Positions 38,611 to 52,095 are shown, counted from the first letter of the stretch. The stretch: DNA of 64,000 bases from Octopus vulgaris (GCA_951406725.2 OX597817.1:51212001-51276000); one strand, 5' to 3'. Numbers and translations: made by a program. Notes: generated by a model not told the origin, from the letters alone.

Positions 38611-39528
38611 CTACTTATAATTTCTTGCAAAATTACATCTTCAAAGAGGAAAAACCGCTCAAAATGCATTCGAAGAATTCTCCATTACGTATAATACTGA
38701 TGTCTATTTTAAAGGAATAGTTTTGTTTCCGTTGGAAAGATCGTCGATGATAATGGTTATTATATCCGAAAGGGGATGCTTTCAAGTTCATGGATAAAAC
38801 GCACAATTATTTTTGCAGCAACGAGATATTTATTTAGTGTAACTTTATGTAACACAGATAAATACCAACCTTGCCATAAGTATACATAAAGCAAGTCTTT
38901 CTCTGCCTCTCTTTCCATCAAGGAAGTTATAATGCTTAGCATACTTACATAAATCATTAGTGGATTCGCATGGGACTTAATGGTTTAAAGCACAAGGATA
39001 AAACGCATAATTATTTTTGAAGCAAACGCATCTTTCTTTAATGTAACATTATGTAATAGGGATTAACAAGAAGCTTGCTATAAGAGTACATAAATAAATT
39101 TTACTCTCTCTCTTTAACTTTCTTTCTCTCTCTCTCCCTCTCTCTATCTATCTATCTACCTATCTATCTATTTATCTATTTATTTATCTATCAACATCAG
39201 GAACGACATTATACTTAGCATACAAACAGAAGTGTTCAGTGGGGCATTATAAAGTTTCACGCTACCCATTTTATTGTAAAATAATAAGAACGCAGGGAAA
39301 TAAAATTTCCATTATATAGCTTTCATTGTTTCAAATCCGTTAAAATTAAAATTACACCAAAGTTTTAACAACGCAAAATGAAATGAAATCAGTGTTCTCA
39401 GTTCAAAGATAGCACACTTATTCATAGCAGTGCTGTAGAAATTATCATTATCTTTTACTTCATTTCTCCTGGGATGTAGCGAATTCTAGATGTGGTGAAT
39501 ATCACACAGCTGATAGCTTTATCTCACA

Positions 39529-39920
39529 CTAGCAGTATCGCTCGGCGTTGCTCGGGTTTGTTTCAACCCTTTACAATTAGATTTTTTGAAAAGTAAAAAT
39601 TTTGCATTATGTAGCTTGTTATTCTCTTTAAGTGAATATTTTTCTGGTTGAAATACACCGAAAAATGACGACACAGCAGTCAAAAAAATCGTTAAAAAAA
39701 TAGGGATTTTCATAGAAAAAAGCACCCTTTTGATGTAAATAAGTTTTGGTCTTAACATGGTGTGATTTGAATTTTTTCTTCTACGGAATGAAGAGCAAGC
39801 CTTCTTCTAACATACTCTCAATTTTTGTCAACTTGCGCCGCAGGGTCTCGCAGGAGATATTGTTAATTGAAGGCTACCTAACCTGCCACACACAGACAAT
39901 TTCAGCTTTGTATATATAGA
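39529..39920 (-). mobile_element. Non-autonomous Helitron (392 bp)
   Basis: Minus strand: A|TCTATATATAC...CCCGAGCAACGCCGAG (imperfect hairpin)...CTAG|T; 5' TC, 3' CTAG, AT target, no TSD. Confidence 0.85.
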
Positions 39921-40162
39921 TTTAATATCTTACATGAGAATCCTATGGGCCCTACACGATGGGGTGGCTTTTACAGCGAGTGTCGCTGGCCATTCTCTTT
40001 GCAATCAAGTCCACAAGACGCGGCTAAACACATCTCATGTTTGGGAGCGTACAACCCGTTATTACTCCACCTATACTCTGTTATTTAATGGCCCCTTTAT
40101 TCATTTTCCTTTGTCTATTAATGAGGTAGCTATGGGAATATTCTCCATAGTCTGATCTCTCT

Positions 40163-40560
40163 GTTACTTGTTTCAGTTATTTGACTGTGGCCAAGTTGGA
40201 GCACCGCCTTTAGTCGAGCAAATCGAACCCCAGGACTTATTCTTTGTAAGCCTAGTACTTATTCTATCGGTCCCTTTTGCCGAACCGCTAAGTTACAGGG
40301 ACGTAAACACACCAGCATCAGTTGTCAAGCGATGTTGGGGTGACAAACACAGACACACAAACATACACCCACATACATATACATATATATATATATACAT
40401 ATATACGACAGACTTCTTTCAGTTTCCGTCTACCAAATCCACTCACAAGGCTTTGGTCGGCCCGAGGCTATAGTAGAAGACATTTGTCCAAGGTGCCACG
40501 CAGTGGGACTGAACCCAGAACCATGCTGTCCGTAAGCAAGATACTTACCACACAGCCATT
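40163..40560 (-). mobile_element. SINE family C
   Basis: Near full-length reverse match. Confidence 0.9.
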
Positions 40561-40809
40561 CCAACGTTTATAATTTCTAATGTTTTGAGTAGTTTTGCTT
40601 TTGCATTTTTCTTCCTGTAAAAATACAAAATGCGTTAAAAACGGTTAAGGTTTTCCCGCGGAAACTAATGCCGTGTGGGAAAAATCCTTTGGGTGGACGA
40701 CGATGCCGCTCACCGTACACATGCGTGAGTATTTTCACGCCGGTACACTGCGTCAGTTACCAGTTGTTACGATTAGATTACAGACATCTAGTACGCCCTC
40801 ACCGGATTT

Positions 40810-41470
40810 TAGTTTTCGCAGAACGCATCGATCACGGTTATTGCATTCGATTTTTGCTAAAAGTGTGTTGATACCCAATTTCAAACTATTCAGAAGAAGA
40901 TTCAACTGTTCTTCGGCGATGACAACATGGGAAAAATCCAGATTCAAGGAACGGTGGAGATCGAAACATGTTCAGGTAGGCCATCTATAAAAATTTTAAA
41001 ACATTTGCCGTGGCTTCTTTCCTATAACATAAGTTATTCATTTCTCGATTACATTGTGACATGTGATAAAAATTAATTCAGTATGAAAACTGCTGGTGTT
41101 TGTAGCAGTGGCTGCAGCACCAAGAACTTTACCAAAACAAAAGTTTGGTGGAGATGAAACAACAGAGAGGAACATGTACAGGCAGGCCATCCATAATGCG
41201 AAATGTGGAACCTATTGAGAAGGTTCGAGAATATAGTCATGGAAAACCGTCGTGCAACCATCCTGGAAATTAATCGCGAAGTGGAAATAAGCAAAGAATC
41301 AGTGCCTTTTGTTTTAATGGAGGATTTCTGCATGCAGCGTTTGTCGGCGAAATTTATCCCCCAAGGTGTTGCCGGGGCAGCCGGAGCTACTCTACATGGA
41401 AATCGCACAGGACACGCTGGACTGTGTAAACGACGACCCAGACCTTATGAAGACAATTATCACTGGACGA
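40810..41470 (+). pseudogene. Degenerate mariner transposase N-terminal half, interrupted at about 40985-41169
   Basis: ERIDHGYCIRF...SGRPS...VMENRRATILEINREVEISK..LMEDFCMQRLSAKFIP...IITG. Confidence 0.75.
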
Positions 41471-41473
41471 GCG

Positions 41474-41835
<362 letters not shown>

Positions 41836-43410
41836 TGTGATCTACGTATACGTAGGAATTAAAATTCTTCGAGCTACTATTAGTTGCATACCTCTGTTAA
41901 CAAAATAGATGGAGAAGATTGTATACTGTATCGTGTATATCCAAGCAATCATTCAACACATACATACATACATACAGACTCACAACTGAAAGACATATTT
42001 TTCTAAATGTCTCTCTTTTCCTGCATACTTCACATTAAATGATCAATATAAAGTTATATAAGAAGAGTTGGAGCAAACGTCGTATTTGTCAATGCATCAG
42101 TGTCTTGTTGTTTCCTTTAAGCTGAGTAAATACCAGATTTTGCTTCCGTTGTTGCTTAAATGCAAGAATATACAAAATGGCGTTCAATTATATCCGGTGA
42201 TTGCACAACAAGAATGGAATCCCCTTATGCAATTTATCTCCGGTCCCTCCAAACAAGACATTACTTAGAAGATATTAATGTCATGTTTTTGATTTTTTTA
42301 AGCAGTACGAAATGTTTATCAAACATATATTGAAACATCTACTTCGGTAGTCTTGCTTCCCAGCTATCTGTTTGTTCCATTTGTGCTCTTATTGTTATCA
42401 ATGATGTTGTTTATCACAGAATTTGGATGGATGGATGATGATGATGATGAGGAGGAGGAGGAGGAGGAGGAGGGGTTGAAGTGAAAATGTAGGAGGAGAA
42501 TGAGGACGATGGTATTAAAGAGAAAACTGACGCAATGCGTTGATAAAGTCTTAAAGAGTTAAGATTTGCCACAATGTTCTCTTGATCGAGGTGGTGTATG
42601 TGAATTGGGATCTTTGTTTCCTTTAAGGGTCGGGATACACAACATGTACAGGCATTAATTATACTACGGAGTAACGCTGCTGAAGATAGCTGAAGGTATA
42701 GTTTTTTTTTTACCTTAAGCCTTGAAACTGGATCTTGTTCACATTGAACCAAAAGTTTAAGTCATTATCTTTCTTTTGCTAAACTACAGCCCGTGTTTTA
42801 TATTTCGTCTCAGGTATAAAAATACCACCCACTGGAAAGGAAAAAGCGTATTGTGTATTAGATTAGGCTCGAACGCAAACTGACAGCCCTATGCAACGGG
42901 CATTTGTGAAAGAATTCGCTCAAAGTGCACCAGATCCAATGCAGATTTCAACATGACACGAAATATAAAAAGAAGAAGGCGATATATGAAGGGAAAAAGG
43001 GTCTAGATGACTACCAGTAACGGTCGAGCTGGTTCGTGAAATATTTACGTGAAGCCACAGAATGTCAATAAGGAAAACAAATCTGGAGACCCAGATTCTT
43101 CCCACGACAGTTTGGCATGCCGCACACAAACGCTTGTGAATGGCCTCCTACAAGCCGTAGTTCTTTCAGGCCTTAAAGATAGATGCTAAGACAAAGGGCA
43201 TGCAATCCTGTGTCCATATGTAAGAGAAACTTGAAGAAGACAAGGTTTCAACAACATCTTGTCTCAGTGATGAGACCACATGTCATACGAATGACAAAGT
43301 GAACAATAAAAATCCTCATCCCACAGTGGGGCAAGTGAGGAACTCTGCAAAAATGAATGTGTTGTGCGCCATCTGCAAGAATCATCTCCATGGCCCGTTT
43401 TTCTTTGAGG

Positions 43411-43892
43411 TATTTGCTATATTCTGAACGCCTTACTTCCCTGGGCATGGATACACTGAAACTCCAACGTCTGGCAGCTGACTTGGCAGACACCCATAAA
43501 ATTATTAACCATTTTACAAACAATAACACTGAGCACCTTTTCGAACTCAACCTGTCTAACACCCGTGGACATGTTTACAAAGTCAGAAAACAGCACAGCT
43601 CCCATGACATTCGGAAACATTTTTTCACGCTAAGAGTTGCTGAAGCATGGAACAAACTGCCGGCATCAGTTGTTAGTTGTCGGAGCACTGCATCCTTCAA
43701 AACTTCCATGCTTCCTGAAATTCACCAACACTACACCTGATTTTCTCCCCTCCATACACACGCAAGTATGTATCTGACTCATACACTGTTCACTTTCCAG
43801 ACATTTGTACATTACTGCATATGCTTTATACGCACTTTTGACAAGTTGTAGTGCACCTGAGCACTATATACAATAATTTCATTATTATTATT
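43411..43892 (+). mobile_element. CR1-type LINE 3' fragment with (ATT)n tail
   Basis: YSERLTSLGMDTLKLQRLAADL...NTRGHVYKV...RKHFFTLRVAEAWNKLPASVV. Confidence 0.88.
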
Positions 43893-44259
43893 TAAATGTG
43901 ACTGGTGATGCTCATCGGCAAATGATACAGCACTGGATAATACATTGCAAATGAATTTTTCAACAGGATGGATCTCCACCTCACTGGAAGCTAACTGCAC
44001 CGGTTTATCCGAATGAAAATCTGTCAGGGAGGTGAAATGTGCGTGCTGGTGATAAAGACAATGCCTTGTTGAAAGGCCACCAAGTTTATTTGACCTGGCA
44101 TCTTGCAATTTTTATTTCCCTGAGCTATTCTTTTCCAACAAACTCAAAAGAACTCAAGCAGAGGGTCACTTCCACACTAGAGACTGTTATCCAAGACATT
44201 CTTCAGAATCTCAACAATCGAGTGGACGTGTGCTGCGTTACGGGCGGTACTCATACAGA

Positions 44260-44491
44260 GGCGGCGATCTGGCAGATCCGTTAGCACGCCGGGCGAAATG
44301 CTTAGCGGTATTTCGTCTGCTGTTACGTTCTGAGTTCAAATTGCGCCGAGTCGACTTTGCCTTTCATCCTCTCGGGGTCGATAAATTAAGTACCAGTTAC
44401 GCACTGGGATCGATACAATCCACTTAATCCGTGTGTCTGTCCTTGTTTGTCCTCTCTGTGTTTAGCCCCTCGTGAGTGGTAAAGAAATAGG
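44260..44491 (+). mobile_element. SINE family A
   Basis: TSD GGTACTCATAC at 44246-44256 and 44490-44500. Confidence 0.9.
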
Positions 44492-46604
44492 TACTCATAC
44501 TGAAAACTAGTGATATCCCGAGAGATCGTTCATGAAATTCACATACCTTTCAATTCCTCATTCAAATTTTAATGAATAGATTTGATTTTTTTTCAACATG
44601 AAGCTGTTTTAATTTCGTTTTCCTGTAATAACTTTTAATATTTACAAATATTCTCAAATGACATCAAATTCTTTAGAGCGGCGTGTATATTACCTGAAAA
44701 TGGAACACTTCAAAATTCATTTCCTTCGCACTCACTATTGATTTCTTTATTTCAATATCTCTTATTACAATAGAACAACTATTTTCATGTGCGTTTCTGT
44801 ATACATCCACACACGCACATACATACATACATATGTATATATACATACATATATAATATATATACATATATAACATATATATATATATATATAGCCGCAC
44901 ATTACCATACAAGTCGACACAACACATGCAATCATCACACATGTGGTACAGCTGAGCTGTTTGCACCGATAATGGACACTTAAACGTTTGCTAAATGCTT
45001 TCCATTCGAAGGAAAATCTACTTCAAATTTCAAGCTAATTTCTTTAAAATTTGTGTATATAATATACATACAACTGTATAGTCACATGTTGAATGCTGGA
45101 CGAAGAATGACAATCTATAGCGTAATGGCTAATGGAACACCTAGTTAATACTATTTGTATACATACCATGAAGAAACATTACTCTGAAATACATATGCCT
45201 TGTAAAACGCTTAAGTGTTTTCCATGTATATAGTCAAAAGTTTTCTATTCGTACGCTATATTTCACAAAGGGTTCCTCTACAAGGTCATACGAATGCTGG
45301 AAATAACCATACTGCTTGGGAAAATGCATGTGTACACACAAACACACACACAAGCACATATATATCGTGATAATGCGGTGCCGCAACAGGTAGAAAAGCA
45401 CTCTCTCAGCAAAGAGAGAAAAGGTAATGTATTAATAAAAAAAACAAACAAAGATCTCGTTAAATAAAGCTATGCATGAGGCACATTCGAACCCATAAAA
45501 AAGCCATTCACTATATTTTTGTCAAGGAAAAAAATTCTCGCAGTAGACAAAGAGGTGCGAAACACAGCGAGTCAGTTCATAGCTCCCTCTATCCTCTATC
45601 CAAGCGTTTAGGAGAAGTTATCTCCTCTTAATTCAGCATCAGACATTGGGAAGGGAAGGCACTACAAGCTGACAAAGAGATTGGTTTCTCTTATATTCCA
45701 GTCAATTTCTTTTATTAACCATGAGGTTGAGAAAAAAAGAGGGGACGATACGAGGACAGACAACACAAACATTAGGGTCAGGGTATCGATTGAGACGAAA
45801 CGTATGAATAAACAAACAATTAAAATATATACAATTAAATGCGAATGAGTGATTTACAAAAAATGAAGCGGAGTAGGCGGTCGAACCTACAAACCACATA
45901 CTCACACTGAAGACTTTTCTTTCTCCTTTTTATATTCTCGTTTATACAGGTTCTTTCACTCGCAACATACTTGTTATATACTTCCATCTTTTACGAAACA
46001 CACTTTCCGACAGGCATTTCTTCTCCAGCCTTATTTTCCGTTTCATGTTGAAAATGAAAAAGTCGATTAGCTCGGGACTGGAGATGAACATGCCAGTCAG
46101 CGCATTTTGACTCGTTGTGCGAATCGGCGGCTCGGCCGTAAAATATTACGGATTAGGAACACTTAGCTGGGCTGTGTACAAATATAAATTGTTTTACCAG
46201 TTCTCGTATGCTTCAGACATATTCGAATGGGATAACAGGATCTTTGTCACCTTAATGCTTCTTTTTATGTCGGGTTATAATCACTCTTAATACTTTTACA
46301 AGAAAACGGGTCAAAAAGACTTCAAAGCATCCACCTGTCAGTTCAATAAAGCCTATCTGACGGAAACTTCGAAGTCACAGTCAACAATCTTCTTGTAATA
46401 GCCTAATAGGGTATATATGTATTTTCTTTTATTCCTTTATTCGTTTAATTGCTCCAGTCATCTGTACGGTCATGCTGGAGCACCGCCTTTACGCTTATTC
46501 TACAGTAGAAGACACTCGCCCATGGTGCCATGCAGTGGTACTGAACAACACGGATATAAGCGAACTACATACAAGCAAAACACGCACGTATGAGTTATAA
46601 TCTT

Positions 46605-47015
46605 AGGCCCGAAATTTTGGGGGAGAGGGCCAGTCGATTATATCGACCCCAGTACGCAAGTGGTACTTAATTTATCGACCACGACAGGACGAAAGATAAA
46701 GTCGACCTCGACAGAATTTGAACTCAGAACGTAAAGACAAATGAAATAGCACTAAGAATTTAGCCCGGCTAGCTAATGTTTCTTATTTCTTTACAACTCA
46801 AAATGGGCTACACACGGAGGGGACAAACAAGGACAGACAAACGGATTAAGTCGATTATATCGACCCTAGTGCGTAACTGGTACTTAATTTATCGACCCCG
46901 AAATGATGAAAGGCAAAGTCGACCTCGGCGGAATTTGAACTCAGAATGTAACTGCAGACGAAATGCCGCTAAGAATTTAGCCCGGTATGCTAACGTTTCT
47001 GCCAGCACGCCGCCT
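46605..47015 (-). mobile_element. Two adjacent SINE-A copies, one of each tail type
   Basis: Reverse matches. Confidence 0.85.
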
Positions 47016-47073
47016 TTGTATAAGTTATAGTAAACAAACCAAAAGTTAACCAAAAGGTACCAGTATTCAGCAG

Positions 47074-47283
47074 TACGAGCGGATACTGAAAGTTCCTGGC
47101 TTTGGCTAAAAAAGTAGAGGAAGATGAGTTAATTATGGTTTTATTCAACATTCCCCCCCACCTCAGATTCCCATATGTATGACAACGGTCCTTCAGTTGT
47201 TCTAAGCCTTGTAAAAGAACTGGGAATTCTATGCCTTCAGCTATACCCTCAAATGCTAAGAACTTTTTAGCACACCTTGAATA
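47074..47283. mobile_element. Degenerate mariner-derived MITE
   Basis: TACGAGCGGATACTGAAAGTTCCTGGC versus GCTAAGAACTTTTTAGCACACCTTG, imperfect TIRs. Confidence 0.5.
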
Positions 47284-47593
47284 TATATCAGCAGGATATG
47301 GCAGATGAGATGCTGTTTCCATACACAGAAAAATACAGTTTTCGACCATACTTAAACGCTTATAAATACAGACATCCCATATGTCTGTATGCACAATGTA
47401 ATGACTTTCAACCCACATAGCAACACAACGAGCATTCAACCTTACAAAACCTCATCTTCACAATATTGTCATATACGCTGACATTTTTTCTCATTTATCT
47501 CTAATGGGTTTCAATCATTTTACTGAGGCGTGACCATGAACGGTTTGGTCAATCAAATCGATTTATTTTAAAGTTTGAGATATATATATATAT

Positions 47594-47795
47594 AGTTAAT
47601 CCAAACATGAAAACACAAAGAGAAAACAACAACGCGAGGACGTGGAACAAATATAGTATTGTTGGACGCTCAGGAAGGAAGGAAAGGAGAAGTGTTAAAC
47701 GTTTCGAGCGGAGCGCTTCACCAGAAACATAGGAAAAGGAAAGATCCAAAGAAGGGAAGACGGAGGAAAAAAATCGCCAACGGTACACACGCGCG
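47594..47795 (-). mobile_element. Penelope-pLTR-like fragment with variant HHR; second copy at 52845-52955
   Basis: Minus strand GTTT-CTGGTGA-AGCGCTCCGCTC-GAAA-CG-TT-TAAC. Confidence 0.6.
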
Positions 47796-48851
47796 CTCCA
47801 AGGATTCGTTCTTAGACTCAGATGTCATCACGGTGGATCAATTCCGCGGAGTAAAGTGTGACTGTACACGTAAACTTAGCTTCTTTAGTTTCCGTCAACC
47901 AAATTCACTCACAAATCATTGGTCAATCTGGGGCTTTAGTAGAAGACACTTACTCGAGGTGACACCTTCTGGGACTGAACTTGAAATCTGATGTTTACAA
48001 AGCGAGCTTTTTAATACACATCCATGTCTGCGCCTCGATATGTATTTCACCCACTTTATATCTCACACAGACACCACCTACGACCACATAACGCCCTCTA
48101 CAGATTCTCTCTTAACACGATTCAATATTATTGTAATCTATTGTATAACATTGATGTCTAGCATAATGACTGACATAGCAAATATGGAATCGTGGATGGT
48201 TTTGAAGAAAAATGTCTAAAGCAACAGTCACACAACTCGTAATTTTGTTATTCTGTGATGCCAACATAAATAAATAATCGATTTTGCTTCACTCCAATTG
48301 ATCAAAGTATGAATACCATTTTTGCTTCCTTCCTTTGTTTTCATGTCTTCTAAAACCTAACAGGGAAAGAATTTAGATTTTTGAAAAGAAACTATCTTTG
48401 CCTTGCATAACATATTTTATATTTTTTTTCTTCCTCCCACGGAATAAACACGAGACTGGAATATGTTAACAAATGATGAGGGCAGTTCAGAAATCTATAC
48501 TTTTGTTGTCATTCGCTATGTTTTATTATTATTATTGGTAATGGAGCTGGTTCTGGTGATAAAAGCGTTTACAAATCATTTATTTCACATTTTTTTCTCT
48601 TTCGTAGCTCTCTTGATGACGATGTTGGTCATGGTAATGGTGGTGGTAATGATGATGATGATAATGATGTGTTTACTATCAGTCCAAACATAGTTGGTTA
48701 ATTCTGTTTTGCACACACACACACACGTACTCACGCACACACACACATACATACATATATACATATATACATACATACAGGTTTAACGAAAGCGCTCACA
48801 CACTAGAAAAAAACCCTCTTCCCTGAAAAGGTTAGTAACATCCTCATTTTT

Positions 48852-49478
48852 CAGTTCTATATTTAAGAGATGAGGAATTATGTACATTATTACATTATTT
48901 GTATTATTTACATTTGACGGATATTTGTCCGCATCTTTATTGTTAACACAAAGTTTTGGTTGATATACTCTCCAGCCTTCATCGGGTGTCTTGGGGAAAT
49001 TTCGAACCTAGGTTCTCATTTCTAAGGTATTTTCCGATGTTGTTGTTGTTGTTATTATTATTATTATTATTTTTATTCAGTTCACAGCCTGCAATCGAAC
49101 TCGGAATCTTGGGGTTAGTAGCCCGCGCTCTTAACCACTACGCTATATGCCCGTTTTCGATTCCAGGCAGTGACTTGAACAATAAAAATAATGAGAAGAA
49201 GAAGAAGAGAAAGAAGAAGAAAAAGAAGAAGGAGAAGAAGGAGGAGGAGGAGAAGAAGAAGAAGAAGAAGAAGAAGAACAACAACAACAACAACAACAAC
49301 AACAAGAACAACAACAACAACACCAACTACATCGAAAAATATCTTAAGAATGAGTACTCAGGTTCAAAATTTCCCCAAAACACCTGATGAAGGCTGGAGG
49401 GTATATCAGCCGAAACGTTGTGTTAACAACAAACAAGATGAGGACAAATATCCGTCAAATGTAAATAATGTAAATAAT
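48852..49478. mobile_element. tRNA-headed HHR element: full copy on minus (49152 to 48852) joined head-to-head to a 5'-truncated plus copy (49156-49478)
   Basis: Arms are reverse complements; A/B boxes at 49087-49152; direct repeat ATCCTCATTTT at 48840-48850 and 49479-49489. Confidence 0.85.
49379..49424 (+). ncRNA. Minimal type I hammerhead ribozyme motif
   Basis: AACAC-CTGATGA-A-GGCTG-(10 nt)-CAGCC-GAAA-CG-TT|GTGTT; 5-bp stem I, 5-bp stem II, palindromic AACGTT at stem III. Confidence 0.85.
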
Positions 49479-50239
49479 ATCCTCATTTTCATGTATGTAT
49501 GAATGTATGTATGTAATGTATGTATGTATGTATGTATGCATGTATGTATGTATGCATGTATGTATGCACGTATGTACATGGAAATGAGATGACAAATGTA
49601 CACACGACTATCTTATGAACTTCATTTGGTTACAACTGTTTCTGCCACAAGATGCATGGATTTATGGTTGAATAATACCTTATGGTGTCATCGGAGCCTC
49701 ACATGTGAAGTGTAATTTATTTGAGAAAAGAATTACATTTGTGCATATATTAAGAAGAAAACATAACCAATGAGAAGCCGATCGCGTGTGCGTGTTGGAT
49801 GGTGAGGAAATAAAAAACAAAATTTCATCCCACCCCCACTTTCACCCGCAAGTAGAACAAAAGTAATTTTAACAGGTGTATAGAGATTGGTTTATTGATA
49901 TTTAGATAAAGAGTATTTAGAGTTAACAATAAGAATATATTTAATACATTTAATGATGTGTATAAAATGTTAACACATTTTATACACACTTCTATACCTA
50001 TTTTAAAATTAATTTTATTCTATTTATGATAGGAGCCCTTAGCTTTCATTTCCCTCGGAATCGCTGGCGCCCCTGGCGACATTCTTAGTGGTATTTCTTC
50101 TGCCCTTACGTTTTGAGACCAAATTCGGGGGCGATAGAATCAGTACCAGTTGAATGCTGGGGTCCATATAATTGAATATACCCGTTCCCCAAATGTGAGT
50201 CCCTGTACCTAGAGTAGAAAGAATTAGTATATGCATTTT

Positions 50240-50281
<42 letters not shown>

Positions 50282-50341
50282 TTTCAAATTACGATGAACG
50301 TAAACAAACAAGCGAAGTTTGCTTTAGAAGCGTTGAGGTGA

Positions 50342-50657
50342 GGGCGCGTGGCTTAGTGGTTAGGGCATTCGGCTCATGATCGTAAGGTTGTGAGTTCGAT
50401 TCCCGGCGACGCGTTGTGTCCCTGAGCAAGACACTTTATTTCACGTTGCTCCAGTCCACTCAGCTGGCAAAAATGAGTTGTACTTGTATTTCAAAGGGTC
50501 AGCCTTGTCACTCTCTGTGTCACGCTGATTTTCCCCGAGAACTACGTTAAGGGTACACGTGTCTGTGGAATGCTCAGCCATTTGCACGTTAATTTCACGA
50601 GCAAGCTGTTCCGTTGATCGTATCAGCTGGGACCCTCGTCGTCGTAACCGGCGGAGT
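50342..50657 (+). mobile_element. Full-length SINE family B with tail type 2
   Basis: A box TGGCTTAGTGG, B box GTTCGATTCC; 16-bp TSD CTTTAGAAGCGTTGAG at 50322-50337 and 50658-50673. Confidence 0.92.
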
Positions 50658-50784
50658 CTTTAGAAGCGTTGAGATGTCTTAGAAAGTTAAAGAAGTGATT
50701 TTAAATTCTCAAACGCAGGATAATGCCAATAATATAGCCTGAACAGGATAAGCTACCCCTAATATGCAGAAAGAAGGGTTGGCA

Positions 50785-50860
50785 GCCGACTATGAGATTC
50801 GAACTCACACCTCCGTGATTACGCGTCGCAGTGCTCTGAACCAATTAAGCTGAACCGTCG
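50785..50860 (-). pseudogene. tRNA-like sequence (possibly Thr-CGT derived pseudogene or SINE head)
   Basis: Minus strand GACGGTTCAGCTTAATTGGTTCAGAGC...CGTAA...GTGAGTTCGAATCTCAT-AGTCGGC; T arm intact, acceptor and anticodon stems mismatched. Confidence 0.65.
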
Positions 50861-50865
50861 ACTCT

Positions 50866-50897
<32 letters not shown>

Positions 50898-51745
50898 ATA
50901 TATATATGTAATTTTATTCTCAAATAAATTGCACTTCCTACGTGAAACTCAGATGAAGCAGTAAGGTGTTACTAAGGCACTCAACTATGAATCCACTGTA
51001 TTTTAACGCAGAAACAGCTGTAAGCAAACGTAATTCATAAGATAATCGTTTATTCCTATGACATCTCATTTTCTTATTACCACTCTGAACACGACTAATA
51101 TCTGCAGCACGTATATTGACTTCTACACGAAATTATTGCATTCGCAATGCATAAGCGAAATAGATACATATGTATGTATGAATGTACGTATTTACAAGGC
51201 ACTCATTATTGAATATCCGTGCCTGGTTCCCGCTGCTGAAACAAGCGTCAGTTAGTAAACACGATTATATAATTCTGGTGATTTGATTTATTATATAATA
51301 ATTTGCTCAATAATTCTGTGATTTCGAGATACCCTTGGTCATAAGTATATTGAGCAGATATTTGTCCTAGAGTGGCAAGTTCATATTATGGTACATACAT
51401 ATATGCATAACAAAGTAGGAACAGATGTCCAGGTAGATATATATGTGTGTGAACATGTATGGATATATCCATCGATTAGTATGTGTGTGTATATATAGAG
51501 ATATTATTACGTGTATGTATGTATGTGTGTCGTATATTTAATAAATCATAAGGTATTAATTTCTCCTATATAAATCATGAAGTTAATATTTTACAAATAT
51601 AAATAATTTTAGAATTAATATGTTTTATTTTTTAGATGAAGTTTTCGTTATATTATGCTGTAACTTTAGCTGCTTGGAGCATAAGAAAGAAAACAAAAGA
51701 GAACACTGAAATGACACTGTTGTTCAATTTCGATTTCTATTCGTT

Positions 51746-51979
51746 CCTATTTCTTTACTACCCACAAGGGGCTAAACACAGAGAGGACAAACAAAGAGAG
51801 ATAAACGGATTAAGTCGATTATATCGACCCCAGTGCGTAACTGGTACTTATTTATCGACCCCGAAAGGATGAAAGGCAAAGTCGACCTCGGCGGAATTTG
51901 AACTCAGAACGTAGCGGCAGACGAAATACTGCTAAGATTTGCCCCTAGCGTGCTAACGTTTCTGCCAGCTCGCCGCCTT
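51746..51979 (-). mobile_element. SINE family A
   Basis: Full-length reverse match; TATTCGTTCC duplicated on both flanks. Confidence 0.9.
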
Positions 51980-52010
51980 CATATTCGTTCCATGAAATTG
52001 ATGTTTTATC

Positions 52011-52063
<53 letters not shown>

Positions 52064-52095
52064 CATATATATACAAATACATATATATATACGTA

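Larger units (their letters stand above)
43080..44510 (+). pseudogene. Degenerate Tc1/mariner-superfamily transposase, interrupted by a LINE fragment and a SINE
   Basis: SDETTCHTNDKVNNKN, RNSAKMNVLCAI...GPFFFE, NVTGDAHRQMI, FQQDGSPPHW, CVTGGTH motifs in order. Confidence 0.75.

Noticed and set aside
48956-49502. Poly-Lys, poly-Arg and poly-Asn ORFs
   Set aside because: They come from the trinucleotide spacer of the HHR-SINE.
50785-50860. Functional tRNA gene
   Set aside because: Acceptor and anticodon stems have several mismatches; kept only as tRNA-like.
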